NCBI GenBank assembly: GCA_017624895.1
Contig: JAGAMB010000064.1
Location: 11,139 to 75,138 of the forward strand
From: Ruminococcus sp.
Lineage (GTDB): Bacteria; Bacillota; Clostridia; Oscillospirales; Ruminococcaceae
Length of the DNA: 64,000 bases
Direction of reading: 5' to 3'
Shown: positions 40,319 through 48,540 of the stretch, piece after piece
Position numbering within the stretch: position 1 is the stretch's first letter
How the letters are laid out: every line of letters begins with the position of its first letter
Notes under the pieces: model-generated
What the model saw: the letters and a program-made list of their open reading frames with translations, nothing else
Database searches by the model: none
Told to the model about the DNA's origin: nothing
Program-made: the position numbers and the translations under genes

Positions 40319-40406
40319 AGGGAACCTCTAAAAACCGCCCTCACGACGTAATTTCTATGACAAATATACAAACTTACGCTCGTGTTCTGATTTTCAGAGA
40401 ACCCCT
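40319..40406. repeat. ~88-bp palindromic element (family C) overlapping the HAD stop codon
   Basis: Minus-strand hairpin AGGGGTTCTCTGAAAATC / GGTTTTTAGAGGTTCCCT with inner CACGA-GCGTAA / TTACGT-CGTG. Confidence 0.55.
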
Positions 40407-41056
40407 GTCATTTCTTTCAATGATGTAAAATAATAGTCCGAATTTTTTTCAAGCTCTGTCCTGTCCTCAGCCGACGCTTCATCGTATACCGCCGCTGTTA
40501 TAAATCCTGCATTTTTCGCGGTTATTACGCTGTGGAGAGAATCCTCGACCACAATGGTTTCACCAGGTTTAGTACCGAGAAGCTCTGCAGCTCCCATAAA
40601 TATATCAGGGAATTTCTTCCCTCTCGGATACTCCGCATCAGTCAGCAGAAACTTTATTCTGTCATATATTCCGTGTCTTTCAAGTACAGCCCTTGCAAGT
40701 GAGCTGTAGGTTGCTGTTGCTATTCCGTATGGTATACCCTTATTATCAAGATTATCAAGAAGCTCCATAGCATATGGTTTAAGCGGAATTTTCTCCTCGT
40801 ACTCAATCCGCACAAGCTCCTCGATCCGCTTTATAACATACTCCTGTGTACATTTCAGACTGAACTGCTCAATGAAAAAATCAGCCGCCTGCTCCACCGT
40901 CATGCGCTTTACCTTATCCGATATCTCACGGGGCGGATTTTCCACACCGTTTTCCATAAGAAAGCGTCTGTCGATATCATACCATATCTGCATAGAGTCA
41001 ATCAGTGTTCCGTCAAGGTCAAAGATAATACCTTTTATTTCTGTTTTATTTATCAT
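40394..41056 (-). CDS. HAD family phosphatase
   Basis: FDLDGTLIDS, K..PDIF, VEDS. Confidence 0.93.
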   Translation of the reverse strand: MINKTEIKGIIFDLDGTLIDSMQIWYDIDRRFLMENGVENPPREISDKVKRMTVEQAADFFIEQFSLKCTQEYVIKRIEELVRIEYEEKIPLKPYAMELLDNLDNKGIPYGIATATYSSLARAVLERHGIYDRIKFLLTDAEYPRGKKFPDIFMGAAELLGTKPGETIVVEDSLHSVITAKNAGFITAAVYDEASAEDRTELEKNSDYYFTSLKEMTGVL

Positions 41057-41964
41057 CTGCCGAATAGAAACTCCTTATCAGTCGGCTTATTGGTTTTAAG
41101 CCACTCTTTCTTCTCCTTGTCGGTGGAATAATCCTCTCCTGCTGATTCAGGATTTCCGCAGAGAATTACTGCCTGTTTTCCCATTTCATCATATATACGC
41201 TCAAATCGTGCCATATCGTATTTTACATTGCCCTCCATAGGATCGGCAACGTGAACCACTCCCTCATTATAGTCAAAGCCGTATATAGTCAGGCAATGCT
41301 GATAACCGTTGAAGTAGAAATCCTCTCCGCAGCCAAGAGTAAACTGAAATGTTGCGTGTGTTTCACGCTGCCCTATAGTTGACCACACAATAACCGGATA
41401 CCCTTGCTCTATCTGATAAAAGACCTCATTGAGAGAAATACCTGTAAGGTCAAGGGCATACCAGTCTGAGCCAAGATAATCAAAGTAATCATCAGCCGCC
41501 CTTTTTATAACAGGGGCGTTACAGCCGAAACCGTTAGTAGAACGGGGATCTCCAAGATATACCTGATCCATTGTGTAATAGCCGTCAAAATCTGTGGGCA
41601 AAAAGGTATCGCACAAAGTCACCTTGTCTATATCAAATCCGTAAAAATTCATAGTCTGCGTAAGTGAGGTAATTTCGCAGCCTGTGGGAAGTTCCGGATT
41701 CTGCAGCACCGTTTTAAAGCCGTCAATAACACAGGTATCTCCAAGCTCATAACCGTCAGGCATTTCGGGATTAACCTCAACGGCAGGGGGATTTCCCTCT
41801 GTAGGCGGCTCTGCGGGAGCTTCTGTAACTACTTCCACACTCTCAAACGGCAAAGCTTCTACAGGAGGCACAAATCCTGATACATCTGCTCTCCTTACTG
41901 TTCTGCCGCATGAAACAGCCGAAAACGCCATTACTACAGCCGCTGATAATAATAATCTTTTCAT
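41053..41964 (-). CDS. C39-like (YvpB-type) cysteine peptidase lipoprotein
   Basis: Lipobox AVSC, Q.PELPTGCEITSL, HCLTIYGFD, VADP. Confidence 0.87.
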   Translation of the reverse strand: MKRLLLSAAVVMAFSAVSCGRTVRRADVSGFVPPVEALPFESVEVVTEAPAEPPTEGNPPAVEVNPEMPDGYELGDTCVIDGFKTVLQNPELPTGCEITSLTQTMNFYGFDIDKVTLCDTFLPTDFDGYYTMDQVYLGDPRSTNGFGCNAPVIKRAADDYFDYLGSDWYALDLTGISLNEVFYQIEQGYPVIVWSTIGQRETHATFQFTLGCGEDFYFNGYQHCLTIYGFDYNEGVVHVADPMEGNVKYDMARFERIYDEMGKQAVILCGNPESAGEDYSTDKEKKEWLKTNKPTDKEFLFGR

Positions 41965-41967
41965 AAT

Positions 41968-43128
41968 TTACTCCATAATTTTCGTCTTTATCGTATACTC
42001 CTGCTGAGAAGGAATGATGTTTTCATATGCAAGTCCATATATATCAGAGGCGGCAGCTTCAAGCTCCGCAAATCGCTCCGATATTTCATCATTTCGGGAT
42101 AGCTTTGCAAGTGACGTACCAAAGGGAATAAGGCTTTTCCCCTTTGCAGCTGCAAGTATCTCCCGCCCTCTTTCATTAAATCCGATAATCCTTATATATG
42201 GCGGAGGTTTTTTCATATCCTCTTTTTTTATGCCTATAAGCAAGGATAAAACAACTCGCCTTATCCTCGCCATTGTAAACCTCTTTGTCTTTACCTTTTC
42301 AAACAATTCATCAAGGGAAAACGAATTACGTGCGGAAAAAATTCTCTCCGCAAGACCGTCGGCGCAGTCACTTGTGTTTTTTATTTCTTCAAGTGATGCC
42401 ATCCGCAGCCGATAGAGAATTACTCGTTCAAGCCTGTGAATTTCCGCTGTATCACCAGATATAGCCTTTGCAGCTATTTTTGGGAGAAACCCTGCCGCTT
42501 CTGTAATATGTTCCCGTATATATGAAGCGCTGGCAAAGCTTTCACAGGTATTGCCGCTGTCATGAGCCGCACCTGTACGCTGCACAGTAAATGGTGATAT
42601 ATCCGCGGAAAAATGATTTATGGCTTTGATATACTCCACACCGAGAACATTATTCGGCTCTGTTATTATTTCGGCTGCCTCAGGAGATTTTTCCTCCAGA
42701 ACAGCAGACACAGCTTTCGCGCAGGTAAAACCCTTTTCTGTAAGTTCTCGTATTTTCGGTGAATTGGCTATATTCTCCATTGCATCTGCCGCTGAAATCA
42801 GCTTTTGAACATCACCGGTTTCGCTGCCGAATGACAGCTCGTCAACTACTCCCAGACAATGCAAAAGATAAACAGCTCCCCTTGCGAAAAGCTCCGCAGG
42901 GGCAAGGCTGTACTGCACAGGAAGCTCAATAACAAGGTCTGCTCCCGATTTTACGGCAATTTCGGCGCGGGTGAATTTATCAAGAACGGCAATATCTCCG
43001 CGCTGGACGAAATTACCACTCATTACAGCGATAATATGAGTTGCGCCGTTTTTCCGCGTTTCCTCAATGTGATACATATGACCATTATGGAAAGGATTAT
43101 ACTCGCACACAATTCCGCTTATTTTCAT
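41968..43128 (-). CDS. tmcAL: tRNA(Met) cytidine acetate ligase (YlbM)
   Basis: EYNPFHNGH, MSGNFVQRG, FGSE, PNN.LG.EY; start moved to ATG 43128. Confidence 0.95.
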   Translation of the reverse strand: MKISGIVCEYNPFHNGHMYHIEETRKNGATHIIAVMSGNFVQRGDIAVLDKFTRAEIAVKSGADLVIELPVQYSLAPAELFARGAVYLLHCLGVVDELSFGSETGDVQKLISAADAMENIANSPKIRELTEKGFTCAKAVSAVLEEKSPEAAEIITEPNNVLGVEYIKAINHFSADISPFTVQRTGAAHDSGNTCESFASASYIREHITEAAGFLPKIAAKAISGDTAEIHRLERVILYRLRMASLEEIKNTSDCADGLAERIFSARNSFSLDELFEKVKTKRFTMARIRRVVLSLLIGIKKEDMKKPPPYIRIIGFNERGREILAAAKGKSLIPFGTSLAKLSRNDEISERFAELEAAASDIYGLAYENIIPSQQEYTIKTKIME

Positions 43129-43161
43129 AAAACCGCCTCCCATACCGATATACACCTTTAT

Positions 43162-43190
43162 ATTATACCTCTTTTCATATTAAAAAGCAA
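43162..43190 (-). promoter_or_regulatory. Sigma-A promoter of the tmcAL operon
   Basis: TTGCTT-17nt-TATAAT. Confidence 0.65.
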
Positions 43191-43423
43191 GGGATTTCAG
43201 AATATTTCACACACTTTCCTCAAAACCAAACAACCACGATATTTAATCATTATGATATTATATAAAGCGGATATGGATTTCATATGATTTAATTGACAAA
43301 TTAGTTACAACAGAGAAATTAAAGATAAATTTTAAAAAATGTATTGCTTATTTGTAATTTTTTTGTATAATAGCAAGTATTCAACAATGTGATGTTGGAA
43401 TGTTAAAAACGGAGGTATTTATT

Positions 43424-44272
43424 ATGAAAAAAATTATGGCGAGTGTACTTGCAGCAGCTATGATTATAGGCGCAGGTACAGCAACAGCTTTCACAGGGGC
43501 TGATACAGTTATTACTGCAAATGCGGCTACTCAGGGTAAGTATGAATCTCTTACATATTACAACTATGAAGATCATATTGAAATTTATTCTTTTGATCAA
43601 TCTGTTACTACATTGGAAATCCCGGCAGAAATTGAAGGCTTGCCGGTAACTGTTATCGGAGATAGAGCTTTTGAAAATGCTACATCTTTGGAAAGTGTTG
43701 TTGTACCTGAAAATGTTACCACATTATCTTCCAATTGTTTCAACAAATGTACATCATTAAAAAGCATTTCTCTGCCCTCTACTTTAAAAACAATAAAAAA
43801 TCTGGCTTTCTACAACTGTATAAGCCTTGAATCAATTGAAATTCCTAAGAGAACAACAACACTTGAACACAATGTATTCAATGGATGTGCAAATCTCAGA
43901 ACAGTTATAATCAACGGTGTACCTGAATTACGAGATTGGACTTTTCAAAAATGTAAAATAGACAAATTGTATCTGGCTAAAAGTGTAACAGTAATTGATC
44001 CTGATGCATTTTTAGATGCAACTGTAAAAGAAGTTTATTATGCAGGTTCACCCGAACAGTGGGAAATAATAAATGCAAACGGCAGAAAAATATTTGAAAA
44101 TTCAACAATTCACTTTGAAGCAGAGAATTATGAAAGCCCACTCACCCCCGATGTAAACCGTGATAGTGCAATTGACGCTTCCGACGCATCACTTATTCTT
44201 GCCTACTACGCTTATGTTATGACAGGCGGAACAGGCACTATTGAGGAATATATTGCTTCACAGAACTCCTGA
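43424..44272 (+). CDS. Secreted BspA-type leucine-rich repeat protein with a single-repeat (truncated) dockerin
   Basis: SD GGAGGT, signal peptide MKKIM..., repeats F..C.SL.SI.LP..L..I, C-terminal DVNRDSAIDASDASLILAYYA. Confidence 0.9.
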   Translation: MKKIMASVLAAAMIIGAGTATAFTGADTVITANAATQGKYESLTYYNYEDHIEIYSFDQSVTTLEIPAEIEGLPVTVIGDRAFENATSLESVVVPENVTTLSSNCFNKCTSLKSISLPSTLKTIKNLAFYNCISLESIEIPKRTTTLEHNVFNGCANLRTVIINGVPELRDWTFQKCKIDKLYLAKSVTVIDPDAFLDATVKEVYYAGSPEQWEIINANGRKIFENSTIHFEAENYESPLTPDVNRDSAIDASDASLILAYYAYVMTGGTGTIEEYIASQNS

Positions 44273-44286
44273 TTTACCTGAAATTC

Positions 44287-44315
44287 GGGCGGATAATATC
44301 CGCCCTGCTCTTTTT
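44287..44315 (+). terminator. Terminator hairpin after the LRR gene (REP-like GGGCGGAT palindrome)
   Basis: GGGCGGAT-AAT-ATCCGCCC followed by TGCTCTTTTT. Confidence 0.65.
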
Positions 44316-44480
44316 GTAAGAAAAAAACAATTAATCAGGTAAAAATTTGCGTTTGACAATTTTTTCACATAATTTTCTGAAAATTTCCAAAAAAGACTTG
44401 ATTTTTTCTGAAAATAGTATATAATAATATATGGTAATATAAAAAAGGGATATTTTCCCTTTGATGAAAGGATTTTTCAA

Positions 44481-45680
44481 ATGATTATTTTAGTTGTAAA
44501 CGCAGGCAGCTCATCTCTCAAGTATCAGCTCATTGATATGGCTGACGAAAGTGTTATCGCAAAGGGTAACTGTGACCGTATCGGTATTGATGGCCATATC
44601 GCTCACAAAACTGCTGACGGCAGAGAGCTTAACGAAGACTGCTCATTCCCCACACATACAGAGGCTTTTATGAAGCTTGTTGAAACTCTCACATCAGGCG
44701 ACGCTAAGGTTATTGACAGTATGGATCAGATCTCAGCTGTTGGTCATCGTATCGTACAGGGCGCTGATATCTTCGATAAGTCTGTTCTTGTTACAGATGA
44801 AATCATCGACAAGATTGACGAGCTTCGTGAGCTTGCTCCTGTTCATAACCATGCTCATGCTCTTGCTCTCCGCGCTTGCAAGAGTGTTATCCCTGCAAAC
44901 GTTCCTCAGGTCGTTGTATTCGATACAGCTTTCCACCAGACAATGCCCCCGAAGGCTTATATGTTCGGTCTTCCCTATGAGGATTATGAGAGTCTCCACG
45001 TAAGAAAGTACGGCTTCCACGGAACATCTCACAGATTTGTTTCTGCTGCTCTTGCTGAGGCTATGGGCAAGGATATCAAGGATCTCAAGATCGTTTCCTG
45101 TCACCTCGGTAATGGTTCTTCAATCACAGCTGTTGACGGCGGTAAGTCTGTTGATACTTCCATGGGCTTCACTCCCCTTGACGGTGTTGTAATGGGTACT
45201 CGTTCAGGTGCTGTTGACCCCTCTGCTGTTACTTTCGTAGCTGACAAGCATGGCTTTACTCCCTCTGAAATGAGCGACTATATGAACAAGAAGTCCGGTT
45301 TCCTCGGAGTTTCCGGCGTTGGCTCTGATAACAGAGATATCACAGCTGCTGCTGAACAGGGTAACGAGAGAGCTCAGCTCGTTTCTGATATGCTCGTTTA
45401 CGAGATAAAGAAGTACATCGGCTCATATGCTGCTGCTATGAATGGCCTTGACGCTGTTCTCTTTACAGGCGGTATCGGTGAGAACGCATTTGACGTTCGT
45501 GCTGCTGTTTGTGAGGATATGGAATTCTTCGGTATCAAGCTTAACGCTGCTGTTAACGATGGTCTCCGTGGTAAGCTTGCTAAGATCTCTGCTGACGATT
45601 CTAAGGTTGAGGTTTGGGTTGTTCCTACAAATGAGGAGCTTCTCATTGCAAGAGATACACTTGCTCTTATTTCTAAGTAA
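44481..45680 (+). CDS. ackA: Acetate kinase
   Basis: NAGSSSLK, GHRIV, FDTAFH, YGFHGTSH, HLGNGSS, MGTRSG, PTNEE. Confidence 0.98.
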   Translation: MIILVVNAGSSSLKYQLIDMADESVIAKGNCDRIGIDGHIAHKTADGRELNEDCSFPTHTEAFMKLVETLTSGDAKVIDSMDQISAVGHRIVQGADIFDKSVLVTDEIIDKIDELRELAPVHNHAHALALRACKSVIPANVPQVVVFDTAFHQTMPPKAYMFGLPYEDYESLHVRKYGFHGTSHRFVSAALAEAMGKDIKDLKIVSCHLGNGSSITAVDGGKSVDTSMGFTPLDGVVMGTRSGAVDPSAVTFVADKHGFTPSEMSDYMNKKSGFLGVSGVGSDNRDITAAAEQGNERAQLVSDMLVYEIKKYIGSYAAAMNGLDAVLFTGGIGENAFDVRAAVCEDMEFFGIKLNAAVNDGLRGKLAKISADDSKVEVWVVPTNEELLIARDTLALISK

Positions 45681-45691
45681 TTGAATTTCTC

Positions 45692-45729
45692 AAAGCTGCT
45701 TTTGGTATTTCAGAAGCAGCTTTGCTTTT
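45692..45729 (+). terminator. ackA terminator
   Basis: AAAGCTGCTTTTG-6nt-CAGAAGCAGCTTT followed by GCTTTT. Confidence 0.75.
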
Positions 45730-45742
45730 ATTAGGTGTAATT

Positions 45743-46477
45743 ATGAATAAAACAGAGTTAATCAGTCAACTAAAAAAAATCGGACTGCAAAAGGGCATGG
45801 AAATTGAAGTACACAGCTCCCTCAGCAGTTTCGGTTATATAGAGGGCGGTGCTGATACAATAATTGACGTTCTTATGGAATGTGTGGGAGAAAACGGAAG
45901 TATCTTTATGCCTGCACTCTGCCTTAGCCCCGAACTTACACTCACAGATGCTGACAAAAGCATGGGGATCACCTCAAAAATTAAAATCCTGCCCGAAGAT
46001 GCCGACAGGACAGCCATGGGAATTATTGCTGATACTTTCAGGAAAAGAAATGATGTTATCACAGGCAATGGCATAATAAGAACATCAGGCTGGGGCAGAA
46101 ATGCCGAACAAGCGGCAATTGGCGGTCTTGATTATGTTATACATAACGGCGGAAAAGCTCTGCTGCTTGGTGTGGATATCTATAAGCTGACAGCTATGCA
46201 CTATGTTGAGGATATCCTGCCACAAGAAATCAGCAATATATTTGCTCCAACAGAAGAAATATCAGCGATTTACCCTTCTGATGACTGGTTTGTAGAGGCA
46301 GGTGCGACGCCTGTCAAACCTTGGTATACTATTCAGGATATGGCTTACGAAAAGGGTATCATCCAAGACGGATATATGGGGAAGTGCAGATATATGTTTT
46401 TCGACATATGGGAAGTTGTAAGCCTTTACAGAGAACAGCTTCTGAAAACTCCCTTTAAGCTTTATGGTTTGAAATAA
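45743..46477 (+). CDS. AAC(3)/YokD family N-acetyltransferase
   Basis: VHSSLSSFG..GG, MG.I.D.FR, GGK.LLLGV, T.MHY.E; start moved to ATG 45743. Confidence 0.85.
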   Translation: MNKTELISQLKKIGLQKGMEIEVHSSLSSFGYIEGGADTIIDVLMECVGENGSIFMPALCLSPELTLTDADKSMGITSKIKILPEDADRTAMGIIADTFRKRNDVITGNGIIRTSGWGRNAEQAAIGGLDYVIHNGGKALLLGVDIYKLTAMHYVEDILPQEISNIFAPTEEISAIYPSDDWFVEAGATPVKPWYTIQDMAYEKGIIQDGYMGKCRYMFFDIWEVVSLYREQLLKTPFKLYGLK

Positions 46478-46481
46478 CACC

Positions 46482-46517
46482 ACAAACGCCACCGTTTTTG
46501 CGGTGGCGTTTGTTTTT
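46482..46517. terminator. Terminator between convergent genes
   Basis: ACAAACGCCACCG-6nt-CGGTGGCGTTTGT-TTTT. Confidence 0.85.
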
Positions 46518-46524
46518 ATAGTTA

Positions 46525-47922
46525 TTACTGGCTCACATCAAAATATTCGCCGAAATTATTGCCGCTTACTTCAAAGGAAACATAAACCTTATCCTTTACG
46601 TTATCATCAACAAAAAATGCAATCTGCACATCTGCTGATTCACCGGGTTCAAGAAGAAGGTAGTTTTTACTGCCTTTCTGCTCGCTGTCAGAAGCTACGG
46701 AGAACCAATGAGACTGTCTTCCTCTGCCAAGTATGGAATCATAACAGGAATATTCATCCTGAACTTCCCAATTCACAACAGGCTTGCCGTCCTCCATGAT
46801 GAACATAATAGGACTTATGCATATTTCATTTTCAACATTGGCTGTATTTGTATATGTCACATTCAATTTAAGAATATGCATAGGTAGACTTTCCTCGGAG
46901 ATAATCTCATCATTTGTATAAACACCATCACCACGTTTTACAGTAGTACGAATATTTTCAATGATATTTCCGTTTTCGTCCATAAGCTCACTGTAGTCTG
47001 TCTCCCAGCCGCAGCCGTCTGTTGTAATGCCGTCAAAGCTGTCTGTAAGCTCAAAACTATTGAGAGTAATATCATATCCATCGTGCATTCCTGCTCCACT
47101 ATAAGGCTTGCTTACGGTGTCACCGATAGTTCTTACATTTTCCTCGTAGGCATAAGTTTCCGGATTTGAAATACTCTGATAATTGCTCTCGTCAAGCCAC
47201 GGGATATAATCGCCGTAAAGCATTTCCTCTGTGGGATAAAGAGTTATATTGTCAATGATTTTCAGCAGATCCTCATGAGAAATATCCTTAGTTATGGACA
47301 TATCAAGAACATAACTTGTTCCCTCAAAGCTTACAAATACTTCTCTTGTATAAGGATTTTCATTGAAAAGCACATGAGGTTCACGGTAGTTTATAAGTGC
47401 TGTTTTTCCCTCTGCTTCATAAGTTTCACATTCTGCTGAAAAGGGCAGGGATAATTCAAGAGTCATATCATCGGGAAGCTTATAAAACTGTGTGGAAATT
47501 CCTCCCTCAATCTCCTCGCTGTCAAGAGTAAAGCCAGGCTTTTCCGTTGAAGGAACATATCCCTCAGGCACCCAGCCAAACTCATAATACATATACTTTG
47601 AAGCCTCAGTATTTTCCGTATCAGCCACAGGTGTCTGAATTGAAATTGTATTTTCATAGTTTCCTGTTTTTTCAATTTTTGCTGTCAGCTTTTCATAAGC
47701 TAAAACAGAAAGTGGTATAGCCGCAGTAACAGCCACCGCCGCCGCAATAACTGCCAATCCACGCTTTTTATTGAAAGTCTTTTTTGTCATAGTAATCCTC
47801 CTCAGCATCTGCTGCTTGTTCAGTTTGTAATGTTCGGAAAAAATATGTTCCTCGTCAGAGGAAAAAGCGTCCTCAACAATTTTTTCCCATTCTTTTTCGT
47901 CCGGAAAATTATTTTTATTCAT
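46525..47922 (-). CDS. Putative membrane-anchored anti-sigma factor (DUF4367-like)
   Basis: Start overlaps the sigma stop (ATGAATAA); N-terminal H.FS..Y, single TM, FGWVPEGY extracellular domain. Confidence 0.75.
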   Translation of the reverse strand: MNKNNFPDEKEWEKIVEDAFSSDEEHIFSEHYKLNKQQMLRRITMTKKTFNKKRGLAVIAAAVAVTAAIPLSVLAYEKLTAKIEKTGNYENTISIQTPVADTENTEASKYMYYEFGWVPEGYVPSTEKPGFTLDSEEIEGGISTQFYKLPDDMTLELSLPFSAECETYEAEGKTALINYREPHVLFNENPYTREVFVSFEGTSYVLDMSITKDISHEDLLKIIDNITLYPTEEMLYGDYIPWLDESNYQSISNPETYAYEENVRTIGDTVSKPYSGAGMHDGYDITLNSFELTDSFDGITTDGCGWETDYSELMDENGNIIENIRTTVKRGDGVYTNDEIISEESLPMHILKLNVTYTNTANVENEICISPIMFIMEDGKPVVNWEVQDEYSCYDSILGRGRQSHWFSVASDSEQKGSKNYLLLEPGESADVQIAFFVDDNVKDKVYVSFEVSGNNFGEYFDVSQ

Positions 47923-48427
47923 AGTCTGCAACTCCTCTCTGAGAAATAAGCTTTTTTCTTGCCCGTTCAAATCGTTTCCGCACGTTCGCTTCTGTCATAT
48001 TCATACGCTGTGCTATATCCCGCCATTGAAGCTCGTCTCTACATCGAAGCGTAATGATTTTTCTGTCAGTTTCATTAAGTATGTTTAAAATTCCGTCATT
48101 ATCACCGATGTCATTTTCAAATCCCGAAGCTGAATCGGGAATTGAATTTATACTGTCGTCCATAGGCTGTGCTCTGTCATAATTCCGTCTGTTTTTCCGA
48201 TATATATCAATAGCGGAATTCCGTATGGTTTTCACTATATAGCTTTTTGTTTTCGGGGAATACGGCTCGCCGATACTGCCGACTTTCCTTATAATGCTCA
48301 TAAATGCGTCAGAAACGGCATCTTCAGCATCGGAAGTATTTTTCAGAACGGAAAAAGCAATCCTGTACATTGGCTGTTCGTAGATTTCATACAGCTTATG
48401 GAGCTTCTCCGTTTCAGCTTTCGTCAT
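47915..48427 (-). CDS. ECF RNA polymerase sigma factor
   Basis: LYE.Y...MYRIA, DAEDAVSDAF, N.AIDIYRK, region 4 IA..M..TEANVRKR..RAR..L. Confidence 0.93.
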   Translation of the reverse strand: MTKAETEKLHKLYEIYEQPMYRIAFSVLKNTSDAEDAVSDAFMSIIRKVGSIGEPYSPKTKSYIVKTIRNSAIDIYRKNRRNYDRAQPMDDSINSIPDSASGFENDIGDNDGILNILNETDRKIITLRCRDELQWRDIAQRMNMTEANVRKRFERARKKLISQRGVADYE

Positions 48428-48448
48428 TGTATCACCTCGTTTTTGAAA

Positions 48449-48491
48449 CGTTTCATATATTATAACGCTGTAAGGTTAAGATTTTGTGACA
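48449..48491 (-). promoter_or_regulatory. Putative autoregulatory ECF promoter 1
   Basis: TGTCACAAAA-14nt-CGTTATAATA upstream of SD GAGGTG. Confidence 0.5.
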
Positions 48492-48502
48492 AAAATTTTT
48501 TC

Positions 48503-48535
48503 AAAAAAATTACCGCACAAATTAATGTGCGGTAA
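48503..48535 (-). terminator. Terminator between the two ECF modules
   Basis: TTACCGCACA-6nt-TGTGCGGTAA followed by TTTTTTT on the minus strand. Confidence 0.8.
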
Positions 48536-48540
48536 AAACA

